Below are positions 31,333-41,983 of a stretch of DNA of 64,000 nucleotides, in pieces. The position numbers and the translations under genes were made by a program. Positions within the stretch are counted from its first letter, which is position 1. Each line of letters begins with the position of its first letter. Source of the DNA: Candidatus Latescibacterota bacterium (GTDB lineage Bacteria > Latescibacterota > UBA2968 > GCA-2709665); assembly GCA_965219455.1 (NCBI GenBank), contig OZ244744.1, positions 5,568,001-5,632,000 of the forward strand. Direction: 5' to 3'. The notes below the pieces were generated by a model. That model was not told the DNA's origin. It ran no database searches and saw only the letters and a program-made list of their open reading frames with translations.

Positions 31333-32076
31333 TCAGATTTTACCCTGAACGAACAGGTCATAGATATCGTTTCCGCTCCTCTCAATTTCCTCGGGAGTCC
31401 CTTGAGTGGCTGTTTTTCCATTGTAGAGCAGGGCAATCCTGTCCGAAATCCTGCGGGCAAGCGGGAGATCGTGGGTAACCACGACCGAGGTTACGTCCAG
31501 CTCATCTTGAAGTTTCAATATATAGTCGCCCACCACATTGGCGGTAGCGGGGTCCAGGCCCGTAGTCGGCTCGTCATAAAGGATGAAATCAGGTGACATT
31601 GCAATCGCCCTCGCCAGCGCCGCACGCTTCCGCATACCGCCCGATAGTTCGACGGGCATCGTCTGCTCCGCACCGGAGAGCCGAACGGCTTCAAGGCATA
31701 CCCTGACCCGTTCTCCAATCTCCTGCTCCGACATTCTGGTATGCATACGCAGCCCGAATGCCACGTTCTCCTTTACATTCATTGAATCGAACAGCGCCGC
31801 GGATTGAAACAGCACGCCGATCCGCTTTCGAAGTTCCTTCAGATCCTTCTTCCGGATGGTATTCATATCGTGGCCGTCCACCGTCACCCGTCCGTGGTCT
31901 GCCTGTTCGATGCCGATAATATGTTTGAGCGTCACACTCTTGCCGCATCCGCTGGGGCCCAGAATGGTGGTGACTTCCCCCCAACGGACGTCCAGATCCA
32001 TCCCTGTCAGGACTTCCAATTCGTCGAATCGCTTATGCACAGCTTCGAATTGGACCGCAACGCCATTCTTTGCCAT
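31333..32076 (-). CDS. mlaF: Mla ABC transporter ATP-binding protein
   Basis: GPSGCGKS, ELSGGMRKRAALARA, YDEPTTGLDP. Confidence 0.92.
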   Translation of the reverse strand: MAKNGVAVQFEAVHKRFDELEVLTGMDLDVRWGEVTTILGPSGCGKSVTLKHIIGIEQADHGRVTVDGHDMNTIRKKDLKELRKRIGVLFQSAALFDSMNVKENVAFGLRMHTRMSEQEIGERVRVCLEAVRLSGAEQTMPVELSGGMRKRAALARAIAMSPDFILYDEPTTGLDPATANVVGDYILKLQDELDVTSVVVTHDLPLARRISDRIALLYNGKTATQGTPEEIERSGNDIYDLFVQGKI

Positions 32077-32143
32077 TATTCTACCTATTGAACGAAACCC
32101 AAGGACGGTAGGGCCCACAACCGAATTGGAGGATAAAACGATA

Positions 32144-32917
32144 TCAATAAAGCAATGTTTTGGTCAGGAAGTAGTCGAGAATCAATATTGAGGCCGCAGA
32201 AATCACCACCGCCGACGTCGCCGCACGGCCCACGCCCTGCGCCCCACCCGTTGCCGACAGTCCGGCGTAAGAACCGTAAAAGGTGATCAACCCCCCGTAA
32301 ACCACGGACTTGATCAGGCATACCACGAGATCGTATGAACTGAAGTCCAGCTTCATTCCTTTGACAAAATCCGCAACCGTTATATCCATTAGAAGAATAG
32401 ACATCACATAGCCTGCATAGATCGACGTGAAGGCAGAGAATACCACCAGCACGGGAATCATTACGATGCCGGCGAGCACCCGCGGCATGAGGAGGTAACC
32501 AACCGGGTCCACTGCAAGGGAAACCAGCGCATCCACCTGTTCGGAAACCTTCATTGTGCCCACTTCCGATGCAATGCCCGCACCCACCTGACCGGCCAGA
32601 ACCAGCCCCATGAGAATCGGCGCCAGTTCCAGGAGCACGGAGCGGACAACGATGCTGCCCACCATATAGTCCGGGACGTAGTCCTCCATCTGGTAGGCCA
32701 TCATTGTGGATACGGCCATTCCGCTGAACGCCGAAACAAGGATGACCAGAGACAACGAATTCACACCAACCGAGTAACACTGTTCGACGATTTGCCGCCT
32801 GTAGAAGTAAACGTTCGGCAGTTCGCCAAGAAGCCGGCGAAAATATTCGTACATCGAATGGGTCAGCAACAGAAAGCGGGCGGTCTTCAGGCCCAGGAAT
32901 TCCATCAATCGTTTCAC
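32144..32917 (-). CDS. mlaE: MlaE family ABC permease
   Basis: ELAP, E.GTMKVSEQVDAL, GGAQGVGRAAT. Confidence 0.92.
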   Translation of the reverse strand: MKRLMEFLGLKTARFLLLTHSMYEYFRRLLGELPNVYFYRRQIVEQCYSVGVNSLSLVILVSAFSGMAVSTMMAYQMEDYVPDYMVGSIVVRSVLLELAPILMGLVLAGQVGAGIASEVGTMKVSEQVDALVSLAVDPVGYLLMPRVLAGIVMIPVLVVFSAFTSIYAGYVMSILLMDITVADFVKGMKLDFSSYDLVVCLIKSVVYGGLITFYGSYAGLSATGGAQGVGRAATSAVVISAASILILDYFLTKTLLY

Positions 32918-33396
32918 GGGGTTATTCCGGCAAAAGATCGGCGACCTTTCGCAACCGCTCGCGGGCATTCCGAGGAGGCAGCGGCTCAAGAGGCCTGTGC
33001 GGTCGGATGGGCGCAACGACGAAGCGCGAATACCACGATGCGATTCCGCCCACAGACACACGGAGCGGAGGGTGTGAACAATCCGGTCCGGGATTTTCGT
33101 GGGCGAGCCATCCTGGAAACGATCAGGCCTCTCGAAAAATCGGCAACCGGTACCGTCTTCGAATCAGGCGGGCCCCGATGAGCTCCAAACCGGAACCGCT
33201 CTCAATTTAACCATTAAATTCAGTTGGATCAACGACTTTATGCTTCTCTTGCATTGCCGGCTCTACAGCTGAACCGACTCGCCGTTCAGGTCTTGGTACC
33301 AACAACAAAAATGCGGGTGAGGGAAAGCCCCCTACCCGCACGTGATAGCGCCGCTGCCGATGCCTGCCTGCCGCGCCCGCGGCGCAGGCATCGGCA

Positions 33397-34368
33397 TCAG
33401 ACCTGATCCTGCCAGGACTCTTCGGCGCGCACGCGTTGCTTGAAATATCTCCGCAGCTTGCCCAGGGCGCGATTTCGGATCTGGCGTACACGTTCCCGTG
33501 TGACACCCAGTTCTCTGCCAATCTCGCCGAGTGTCATTCGATCTCCGCCTTCCAGGCCGAAATAGGACCGGATGACTTTTGCCTCCCTGGTGTCGAGACT
33601 ACCCGCGAGGGAGGCGCTGATCAGTTCGGTGCGGTCTCTTTCCAGGACCTCCAGATCCGGGTGGGCTTCATCGCAGTCGAGCACCTGCAACAGGGTCTTT
33701 TCTCCTTCCGCGTCGATGGGAGATTCGAGGGAGAGGTCCGACCGTGCACACCGAAGCGCACGCTCCGCACGCTTCCGACTGATCTTCATATCACTTGCTA
33801 CCTCGTCCACCGTGGGCACCCGGCCCAACTCCTGGGTCATCTGTCCCCACCGCCGGGCCATGCGATCCATATCCTCCTGCCGGTTGGCCGGCATGGACAC
33901 CGCGGACGTACGTTTCAGCGCATTCAATATTGCCTGGCGTATCCACCAGACGGCATAGCTGATGAACTTATACCCCCGGGTTTCGTCAAACCGGTTCAGG
34001 GCCTCCATCAACCCCATGTTGCCTTCGGCGATCAGATCTGAGAGTGGCACCCCGCGGCCCTGGTACTCGAGGGCAACGCTCACGACAAAACGCAAGTTGG
34101 AGGTGACGAGCCGTTCGATCGCCCTTGGATCACCCTTACGGGCCCGAGTGAGGGTTTCCGTCTCCTCTTTGCGCGTCATGGGCGGATACCGGCGAAGTTC
34201 CTTCAGATATCGCTGTACAGAGGCGTCGTGAGGCAGACGCTTCTTTGTGGTTTCCTTGAAATCCACGGCGGATAACAACCCTTTTTCGGCACTGAAGCCG
34301 CCGCCCAATTTCACCGGCGTTTCCGGAAAGGATATGGAGCGACGTACGCTTGGAACGATTTGGGACAT
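33397..34368 (-). CDS. RNA polymerase sigma-70 factor (RpoD/RpoS-like)
   Basis: SNLRFVVS, DLIAEGN.GL, KFISYAVWWIRQ, TRERVRQI. Confidence 0.93.
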   Translation of the reverse strand: MSQIVPSVRRSISFPETPVKLGGGFSAEKGLLSAVDFKETTKKRLPHDASVQRYLKELRRYPPMTRKEETETLTRARKGDPRAIERLVTSNLRFVVSVALEYQGRGVPLSDLIAEGNMGLMEALNRFDETRGYKFISYAVWWIRQAILNALKRTSAVSMPANRQEDMDRMARRWGQMTQELGRVPTVDEVASDMKISRKRAERALRCARSDLSLESPIDAEGEKTLLQVLDCDEAHPDLEVLERDRTELISASLAGSLDTREAKVIRSYFGLEGGDRMTLGEIGRELGVTRERVRQIRNRALGKLRRYFKQRVRAEESWQDQV

Positions 34369-34473
34369 CGAAAGTTCCACTTTCCTCAGTTCCTCCAAGC
34401 GAGTCGAGTACCACGTCCTTACACCGGGACCGCGATCGGAGTGCGATACCCCGTATTCCCACGAGACGCCAAA

Positions 34474-34511
34474 AAAAGTCGAGCCGTCGAATATTCGACG
34501 GCTCGACTTTT
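34474..34511. terminator. perfect palindrome, terminator after tRNA-Arg
   Basis: aaaagtcgagccgtcgaatattcgacggctcgactttt. Confidence 0.8.
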
Positions 34512-34520
34512 CAACAGGAA

Positions 34521-34598
34521 TGGTGGGACATACAGGATTCGAACCTGTGACCTCTGGTTCCGGAGACCAGCGCTCTATCCAGGCTGAGCTAATGCCCC
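34521..34598 (-). tRNA. tRNA-Arg(CCG)
   Basis: Anticodon arm CTGGT-CTCCGGA-ACCAG; GGTTCGAATCC; CCA end. Confidence 0.96.
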
Positions 34599-34749
34599 CG
34601 TTGAATAAGCGGTCAGGCTTTCTTGTGGCGATCTCTTCTGCGACGTTTCTTGCGCTTGTGAGTCGCGATCTTGTGGCGCTTTCGTTTTCTTCCGCAGGGC
34701 AAGTAATACTCCTCCTTGTCAAACTATCGATGGCACGGGTACAGACCGC

Positions 34750-35028
34750 CTATTCACCTGTGAGGCCCACCCGCAATTCCCTGGAAGGTTTGAAAACCGG
34801 CGCAGGGCGTTCTGGAATTTTTACGACGTCGCCCGTTTTGGGATTTCGCCCTATCCGGGGTGCCCGGGTCACGACCTTGAACGTCCCAAACCCTCGAATT
34901 TCGATGTGCTCGCCATGCTGCAATGCCGCCACTACCGAGTCGAGGAAACCCTCCACGACAGCCGCCGTATCCGATTTCGGCAACCCCGTGGCCTCTGCAA
35001 TCTGATTGACGATATCGGCTTTGGTCAC
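34750..35028 (-). CDS. HU/IHF family DNA-binding protein
   Basis: TKADIV...IEIRGFGTF...GRNPKTG...FKPS. Confidence 0.95.
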   Translation of the reverse strand: MTKADIVNQIAEATGLPKSDTAAVVEGFLDSVVAALQHGEHIEIRGFGTFKVVTRAPRIGRNPKTGDVVKIPERPAPVFKPSRELRVGLTGE

Positions 35029-35140
35029 CGAATCCCCTTTCGAAACTGGCATGTAACACAACGAATAACCGACCGGGCGAATTGGTTCGGACAAGCGAAA
35101 AGGATATACAAATGGAGACGCTTTGTCAACAAAAAACAGC

Positions 35141-36925
35141 TTACCCGTGCACGCCGCCGATGTATTGTAGTTGGTGAAGCCGGTGATAGATGCCCCTTCG
35201 CGCCAACAAGGCTTCGTGTGTGCCCGCTTCTCGAATTTCGCCTTTATGAAGTACCAGAATCCGATGAGCGCTCCGGACGGTTGAAATTCGATGCGCGATT
35301 ACGATGGAAGTCCTCGACCGCATCAGTCTGCCCAACGCATCCTGAATCCAGGCCTCCGTTTCCGTGTCTACGCTGGACGTGGCTTCGTCCAGAACCAGAA
35401 TATCGGGTTCAAATGCGATCGCCCGGGCAAAGGCCAGCAGTTGGCGTTGTCCGCCGGACAGGGTACCGCCCCTTTCCGTGACGGCATGTCCGTATCCCGC
35501 GGATAATCGACTGATAAACCGGTCCGCGTTTACGTCCCGCGCGGCCTGTTCGACTTTGTGCTGTGCGATTTCGGCGTTTCTCAGGCGGATATTCGCGCCA
35601 ATGTCCCCTGAAAATATAAATACATCCTGTTGGACGACGCCAACGCGCCGCCTTAGAGCGTCGACGTCCCACTCCCGTATGTCGACCCCGTCAATTCGAA
35701 TCTGCCCACGTTGAACGTCATAGAACCTGCACAGCAGGTTGATAATGGTTGTCTTTCCGGAACCCGTCGCGCCGACAATGGCCAGCCGTTCCCCTGGTTT
35801 CACGAGGAACGAGACGTCTTTCAGTACCCATTCTTCGTCGTCGTAGGCAAACCAGACATTTGAAAATTCTATCTCGCCCCGGATCTTCTTCGGCCCTGCC
35901 TTTCCAGGGCTGGGCTCCGGCTCGGTATCCAGGAGTTCAAATATCCGCTCTGACGACGCCATTGCCGCCTGCAGGATCGCGTACCGTTCAGCGACGTCCA
36001 GAATGGGCCAGAAGAACCGCGGGATGTACTGCAGCATGGCGACCAGCGCGCCCCACTCGATCTGAGACCGGACCACATCGTTGCTACCCTGCCATATAAC
36101 GAGCGCCGTGGCCACGGAGCCAAGCAACTGCATGATTGGAAAATAGAGCGAATAATAAAACGTCGACTCCAGATTTGCGTTCAGATATCGGCCGTTGATT
36201 CCATCAAATCGATCTGCATGCCGGCCTTCACGACCAAAGAGCTGCACCACCGACATACCGGTGATGTTTTCCTGCAAATAAGCGTTCAAACGCGCCAATC
36301 GGCTGCGCGCAAAGCGAAATGCCCGTAACATGCGACCCTGAAACCAGAACGTCACGCCAAACATTACGGGCACCGTCGCGCAGACCAACAGGGCCAGTGA
36401 AGCGTCCATGTAGAACATATACGCCATAATCGCGATCAGCGTGAAGATATCGCTGAACACGGCCACAACCCCATCCGTAAACAACTCGTTGAGCGCGTCT
36501 ACGTCGTTGGTATTGCGGGTCATCAGGCGACCGATGGGCGTGCGATCGAAGAATCGAATGGGCAGCCGCTGAAGGTGCGCAAAGATCGCTTTACGTATAT
36601 CGTACATCACCCACTGTCCAACCGTCTGGGTGACCAGCCTCTGAGCCACGTCGGCCAGGAACTGAAACACAAGCAGCCCGACAAACACCAGCACGATCCG
36701 GTTCAGGCCCGCCAAATCTCCCGGAAGGATATGGTCGTCCACGGCGATCTTGCTCAAATAGGGACCGGCCTGCCTGGATGCCGACGTCAAGAGAATCAGG
36801 AAAAAGGCGACAATCACCCAGAGCGAATATGGCTTGAGATAACCCAGAAGGCGCCACATCAGCCGCGCATCGAACGGCTTCTGGGTTACCTCTTCTTCGT
36901 GCATATCACGGGTTGGTTCAGACAT
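35141..36925 (-). CDS. ABC exporter, permease plus ATPase
   Basis: GATGSGKT, LSGGQRQ, LDEATSSVD. Confidence 0.93.
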   Translation of the reverse strand: MSEPTRDMHEEEVTQKPFDARLMWRLLGYLKPYSLWVIVAFFLILLTSASRQAGPYLSKIAVDDHILPGDLAGLNRIVLVFVGLLVFQFLADVAQRLVTQTVGQWVMYDIRKAIFAHLQRLPIRFFDRTPIGRLMTRNTNDVDALNELFTDGVVAVFSDIFTLIAIMAYMFYMDASLALLVCATVPVMFGVTFWFQGRMLRAFRFARSRLARLNAYLQENITGMSVVQLFGREGRHADRFDGINGRYLNANLESTFYYSLYFPIMQLLGSVATALVIWQGSNDVVRSQIEWGALVAMLQYIPRFFWPILDVAERYAILQAAMASSERIFELLDTEPEPSPGKAGPKKIRGEIEFSNVWFAYDDEEWVLKDVSFLVKPGERLAIVGATGSGKTTIINLLCRFYDVQRGQIRIDGVDIREWDVDALRRRVGVVQQDVFIFSGDIGANIRLRNAEIAQHKVEQAARDVNADRFISRLSAGYGHAVTERGGTLSGGQRQLLAFARAIAFEPDILVLDEATSSVDTETEAWIQDALGRLMRSRTSIVIAHRISTVRSAHRILVLHKGEIREAGTHEALLARRGIYHRLHQLQYIGGVHG

Positions 36926-36965
36926 TCAGGGTTCACACTCCCGGGCAGCTGCGGATTCTGGGGGC

Positions 36966-38747
36966 TTAGATCTCCTCCAGCTCGCGGGTCAATTGCTGCC
37001 GCCGGTGCATGCCGGCATAAATGCCCCCATGGCTGATCAGCTCGTTGTGCGTGCCCAGTTCCACAATCACGCCTTCATCCAGCACCACGATCTGATCCGC
37101 GTCCTGCACGGTTGAAATCCGGTGCGCAATCAGAATGGTGGTTCTGGACGCCATCACCTTACGCAGACGATTCAATATCTTCTCTTCAGTCTGTGTATCG
37201 ACGCTGGCGAGCGCATCATCCAGGATCAGAATCGCCGGTCGACGGATCACCGCGCGCGCCAACGCCGTACGCTGCTTCTGCCCACCCGACAGCGTGACGC
37301 CACGCTCTCCGATCACCGTTTCGATTCCCTGCGGGAAATCCGATAGATCGCTCGAAAGACCGGCAACGTCGCTCGCCCACAGTACGTCGGCCTCCGTTGC
37401 CCGGTCACGACCCAGGCAGATATTCTCTCGAAGCGAGTCCGAGAAAAGGAACGTATCCTGCGGCACAAAACCGATGGACGCCCGGAGCGTAGCCAACGGG
37501 ATGTCATCCACCGGAATGCCATCGATCAGCACGGCACCCCTTGTCGCAAGGAGCAGGCGAGGGATCAGTCGAGCCAGGGTGGTCTTTCCCGAACCCACGC
37601 GTCCAACCAGCGCCAGACTGCTGCCCCTGGGAATATGCAGATCGATGTTTTTCAATACCTGCACACCATTGTAGGAAAAGGTCAGATTCCGGAACTCGAT
37701 CTCGCCGCCGAGCGCCCCGATTGCCCTCACGTGCGCCGAATCCTGAATTTCGGGTGTTATCGAGAGAATTTCTTCAATCCGCTTCATGGACGCCAGGCCC
37801 CGCTGATACCGGTCGATCATCCATCCCAATGTAATCATCGGAAAAATCAGCTTGGTCAAGTAGGCGTTGAATGCCACAAAATCACCCAGAGTCAGCCGCT
37901 CCTCGATCACATGCGCGCCCCCAACCCAGAGAATGACCGCCAGCGACGCGCCGCTGATCAGAAAGGTCAGCGGAAAAAGAAGGCTCTGAATGCGAATCAG
38001 CCTGTGGTTCTTGACCAGGTAGTCCCGGTTCAATTCGTCGAACGCATCCATCTCCGCCCTCCCCTGGGCGAATGCCTTTACCACCCGGATGCCGGACAGG
38101 TTTTCCTGAACGCGGGTACTGATTCGCGAGAACTGTTCCTGCACGGACCGAAACCCGTGGTGGACCCTGCCGGCCAGACGGTTCATAACCAGCGCCATCA
38201 CGGGCATCGGCAGCACTGCAAAAATTGCCAGTTCCCAGTCGATCCAGCACATCACCGCCATGCTCAGGGTAAGGCCCAACACCGCGCCAAACAGCATGCG
38301 TACGCCGAACCCGAGAAACATACGGACGGCGTTCAGGTCGTTGGTAGCCCGGGATATCAGATCCCCGGTTGGCGTCTGATGGAAGTAGCTCAGAGACAGT
38401 CTCAACAACACCTTGAAATAATCCCGTCGAATATCATACTCAACCAGCCGAGAAACGCTGATCAGGCACCAGCGCATGCCCATTTCCAGCGCCATCTGCA
38501 CCACTGCAAGCCCGAGAATCAACAATACCCAAGAAAGAACCTGCTCGCCGACGCTCCCCCCCGACAGCTCGACCCCGCCCTGCGCACCGTACAGCCGTTC
38601 CTTTACCAGATCGACCGACTCTCTTAACGCAAGCGGAATCGCGCTGGACGCCAGTTGCCCGATCGACAACAGCAGCAGACCCACCAGTATACGTCTGCTG
38701 TAGGGTTTCAGATACGTCCAGAAGGGTCTGAATGGATTAAGAGTCAT
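36966..38747 (-). CDS. ABC exporter, permease plus ATPase (heterodimer partner)
   Basis: GRVGSGKT, LSGGQKQR, degenerate LDDALASVD. Confidence 0.93.
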   Translation of the reverse strand: MTLNPFRPFWTYLKPYSRRILVGLLLLSIGQLASSAIPLALRESVDLVKERLYGAQGGVELSGGSVGEQVLSWVLLILGLAVVQMALEMGMRWCLISVSRLVEYDIRRDYFKVLLRLSLSYFHQTPTGDLISRATNDLNAVRMFLGFGVRMLFGAVLGLTLSMAVMCWIDWELAIFAVLPMPVMALVMNRLAGRVHHGFRSVQEQFSRISTRVQENLSGIRVVKAFAQGRAEMDAFDELNRDYLVKNHRLIRIQSLLFPLTFLISGASLAVILWVGGAHVIEERLTLGDFVAFNAYLTKLIFPMITLGWMIDRYQRGLASMKRIEEILSITPEIQDSAHVRAIGALGGEIEFRNLTFSYNGVQVLKNIDLHIPRGSSLALVGRVGSGKTTLARLIPRLLLATRGAVLIDGIPVDDIPLATLRASIGFVPQDTFLFSDSLRENICLGRDRATEADVLWASDVAGLSSDLSDFPQGIETVIGERGVTLSGGQKQRTALARAVIRRPAILILDDALASVDTQTEEKILNRLRKVMASRTTILIAHRISTVQDADQIVVLDEGVIVELGTHNELISHGGIYAGMHRRQQLTRELEEI

Positions 38748-38832
38748 TGGCGAATCCGATGGACATTTTGTTTCGTTGTACCAATGTGCCAATATTTGAT
38801 CAAGGATCCGTGTGGCACCGGGCGTGGGTCCC

Positions 38833-39225
38833 CTATACGTCTGCGTGCCACCGGTAGACGTCCAGATCGACTTTTCCCTTCACGAAGGTCACACCTTCGG
38901 CTTCCAGGAGCCTTTCCTGGACCAAATGCGCCTTCCTGGCTCCCACGCGAATCGACACGGCCCCCCGCGCGTTAATCACCCGATGCCACGGACATTTCGT
39001 GCCTACCGGCAATGCCTTAAGCGCCTGCCCCACCTGCCTGGGGCCCACGCCCGCGATCCCGGCAATCTGGCCGTAGGTGGCCACGGTACCTTCGGGAATC
39101 CGACCGACCACCCGATAGATCCTTCGAAATGTTCGCTCAAATTCCGGCATGCCCGGGACGACCCTTTCGAAGACGATTGATCCCTCCAGATCCGGCGCCC
39201 TGAGTTCGTGCTCTTTCCCGGACAT
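38833..39225 (-). CDS. MGMT family alkyltransferase-like protein
   Basis: IPEGTVATYGQIA, PWHRVIN; start uncertain. Confidence 0.88.
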   Translation of the reverse strand: MSGKEHELRAPDLEGSIVFERVVPGMPEFERTFRRIYRVVGRIPEGTVATYGQIAGIAGVGPRQVGQALKALPVGTKCPWHRVINARGAVSIRVGARKAHLVQERLLEAEGVTFVKGKVDLDVYRWHADV

Positions 39226-39229
39226 AACT

Positions 39230-40303
39230 CTAGGGACCGCCAGCCTGCCGCTTCCTTTCATCGATTTCCCGCAACCACGCCTCCAGATACCGTTCCGGGT
39301 CCGTTTGCGACGCACATTCCTTGAGGAGCCGGACGGCGGCCTTGATATCGTGACCGAGCGTCCGGTACACGCGATCGAAGATATCCGCTTTTTCGTGGTA
39401 CGTTCGATAGGCCATCATCACGGCGTTATTCAATCGCCGCCGCGGAAAACGAGAATACGCGTCGGACCTTAAATCCAAATTGGCAAACCGGTTTTTTGCC
39501 CGTTCAAATATGACCTCTCTCTCTTTTAGCTTCTCGTCATAGGAGAGTTCCGAGCCGTAGAGCGCTTTCAGTTCTTCCGCAACGGTGTGCATGAATCGAT
39601 TGAACGTCCTTTCGTCGGACCGCATGTCCAACAGGACCCTTACAACGGCGGCCTCTTTTCCGTGACGCTTCTGCATGAACAACAAGGCGCCGGCCTCCCC
39701 CACAAAGGTCGCCATGTTTTCATTGAAGGAGACCTGGCCCGGAATCCAGACCGTCGCATGGGCCAACTCGTGGATGACGAGTTCTGCCAGGTTCCCGTCT
39801 CGATACCGGAGCATCGTGCTCAGGATCGGATCCTCAAACCAGCCCAGCGTGCTGTAAGCGCCTACGGAGCGCAGAGAAGTATCGTAGTTTTGCGCCTCAA
39901 GTCGATCCCGATCCTTTTTCGCCCGGTCCAGGTCAAAATAACCCCGGTAGGGAAATCGTCCCACTACCGGGTACGTCCATTGAACCGGCTCGAGCCGGTC
40001 CTTCGGCGACGCGGTCAGTTGCCACGAAACCGGTCCTTCGCCGATATCGATATAGGAACTGTAATTCCGGGATCGGGCAAGCCCGATCCGTTTCTCCGCG
40101 AACCGTCGCACCTCCTGGATGAAATCGAGCCGTTCCCGAACGGTTGGATCCAGGTCCGGCCGCGCCAGTAAACTCGAGATTGGCTGCCGGTTCCAGAGCA
40201 ATTTCGCCTGGCCCCGGACAAGGTGCAAATAGTATCCAAGTTCCGGATTCAAGCTGCAAATCAGGGGCAAGAGAACGATCATGGCCGAGTGGGACCGGCT
40301 CAT
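39230..40303 (-). CDS. putative aminopeptidase (HExxH)
   Basis: PYRGYF, AYSTLGWFEDP, HELAH, FNE. Confidence 0.88.
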   Translation of the reverse strand: MSRSHSAMIVLLPLICSLNPELGYYLHLVRGQAKLLWNRQPISSLLARPDLDPTVRERLDFIQEVRRFAEKRIGLARSRNYSSYIDIGEGPVSWQLTASPKDRLEPVQWTYPVVGRFPYRGYFDLDRAKKDRDRLEAQNYDTSLRSVGAYSTLGWFEDPILSTMLRYRDGNLAELVIHELAHATVWIPGQVSFNENMATFVGEAGALLFMQKRHGKEAAVVRVLLDMRSDERTFNRFMHTVAEELKALYGSELSYDEKLKEREVIFERAKNRFANLDLRSDAYSRFPRRRLNNAVMMAYRTYHEKADIFDRVYRTLGHDIKAAVRLLKECASQTDPERYLEAWLREIDERKRQAGGP

Positions 40304-40887
40304 TGCAACCGTTCCACATCCATGAAATAGTAACAGATGATGTGCTGCAGAACCATATGCATGTCCTCAACTCTTCCCATGTGGTCCGACTCCACCACAA
40401 CACAATCATGCGCCAGATCTTTCAACTTTCCGCCACCGAACCCTGAAAAACCGACTGTATGACAGCCCATCCCGTTTGCAAAACGCACGGCACGGAGTAC
40501 GTTTTCGGAATTCCCGCTCCCGCTGATAGCCAGCAATACGTCCCCCGGTTCCGCGAAATTCCTCATCTGCTCCACAAACACGTCCTCGTAACTCAGGTCG
40601 TTGCTCAACGCCGTCATCCACTCCACGTTGTCGGTCAGTGGAATCACCTTGAAGCGGGTCTCGCGGCCGACCGATGCCCCCTTTCCCATATCGTTCACGA
40701 AGTGGGAGGCCGTACCGGCACTCCCTCCGTTCCCTATGGCAAAGATCCGCTTGCCGGAGTCCCTGGCCTCACGCATGAGCGCGATGACAGACGCGATATC
40801 CCTGGGATTCAACGATGCCAATAGTTTTTCGTTTTCCCGAATATATCTCGCGGCAAAGGATTCGACGGAATCCATGTGATTCTCCAA
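40300..40887 (-). CDS. SIS domain phosphoheptose isomerase-like protein (GmhA family)
   Basis: GNGGSA, SNDLSYEDVF, ISGSGNSENV. Confidence 0.88.
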   Translation of the reverse strand: MENHMDSVESFAARYIRENEKLLASLNPRDIASVIALMREARDSGKRIFAIGNGGSAGTASHFVNDMGKGASVGRETRFKVIPLTDNVEWMTALSNDLSYEDVFVEQMRNFAEPGDVLLAISGSGNSENVLRAVRFANGMGCHTVGFSGFGGGKLKDLAHDCVVVESDHMGRVEDMHMVLQHIICYYFMDVERLQ

Positions 40888-40944
40888 TGTATCGACTCAA
40901 TCTCTTTCGGGGCGTTGTTCAGGTATTCTCGCAGCACAGTCCGT

Positions 40945-41823
40945 TCAGCCACGTGAGTTCAGTCCCGCCGCCTGCCACGCGTCGTCCAGCCCTCGATGGG
41001 TCACGCGTACGGCTTCGGCCGCATCCAGCTCCCTCACCTTCCGGCTGAATGGCTCTGGTGTCACGGGCCCGGCGTACCCGATCTCATTCAACACTTTCAA
41101 GAAACCCACCAGGTCGATTACGCCGGTCTCGGACGGGCATGCGCGAACCTGATCCCTCTGTTCCTCCACGGCCACTCCGGCCGGCGCATCGTTCACGTGG
41201 ACGTGGATGACATCGTGCGGTGTGAGTCCCTTGAGGTCCGCAAGTATTCCCAGCGAGGTATACCAATGCCAGCAGTCCAGCAACAGACCCGCATTTCCGG
41301 TTCCCAGCGCCTCACAGAGTCCCAGCATCCCCCCAATCGAATAGATAAACCCGTACTTTCTCCCGAGACGACTGGTTCGCGGTCCGATGAACTCCAGGCC
41401 AAGGCTGCACCCGTGGTCCTTCAACACTTCACATATCGGCCGGAAGCGGCTCAGACACCAACGAAATTGCTCTCGAAAGGGCCGCTCATCGGAAGCGGGT
41501 GTAACCCACTGAGACACCCGGTACGCACCCACCGATGCACCGGAGGCGGCATACTTCGGTAATGCCCGCAGATCACGTTCGAAATCCTCCTGAGGACCGT
41601 CCCAGACGACCGGCAATCCCCACGCACCGATCTTCAGACCAGCATCGGAAAACAACCCTCTGACGTCGTCTGCACCGCTTTCATGTACGAGCCGCGCCAC
41701 CTCGCGGATGTTAACGTCCAGACCTTGAAATCCCCCGTTCTTTGCATACACCAGTCCTTCCACGAGCGTCGCGTTGACCCCGATGGCGCCCGGCGCCAGG
41801 CACTTGAACATGCGGTCCTCCAT
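40945..41823 (-). CDS. sugar phosphate isomerase/epimerase (TIM barrel)
   Basis: LEFIG, LLDCWHW, HVHVND, GYAGPVTPE. Confidence 0.85.
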   Translation of the reverse strand: MEDRMFKCLAPGAIGVNATLVEGLVYAKNGGFQGLDVNIREVARLVHESGADDVRGLFSDAGLKIGAWGLPVVWDGPQEDFERDLRALPKYAASGASVGAYRVSQWVTPASDERPFREQFRWCLSRFRPICEVLKDHGCSLGLEFIGPRTSRLGRKYGFIYSIGGMLGLCEALGTGNAGLLLDCWHWYTSLGILADLKGLTPHDVIHVHVNDAPAGVAVEEQRDQVRACPSETGVIDLVGFLKVLNEIGYAGPVTPEPFSRKVRELDAAEAVRVTHRGLDDAWQAAGLNSRG

Positions 41824-41983
41824 TGTCCGTTAAGTCCAGGGGAAACTGCGGTGCGCGGTCAGCCGGACCGGCGTCCGCATTTGATTTGCCGCCGCCGCCC
41901 AAAGCCTGGTACGGTAAACCGAATGGCCAATCCGGCGCGAACCGGCCGGGGCAGGACAATGTTCAGTATTCCGAATACCGCGA

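Noticed and set aside
33397-34722. 441-aa extended sigma factor ORF
   Set aside because: The extension runs through tRNA-Arg and its terminator; the real start is near 34368.
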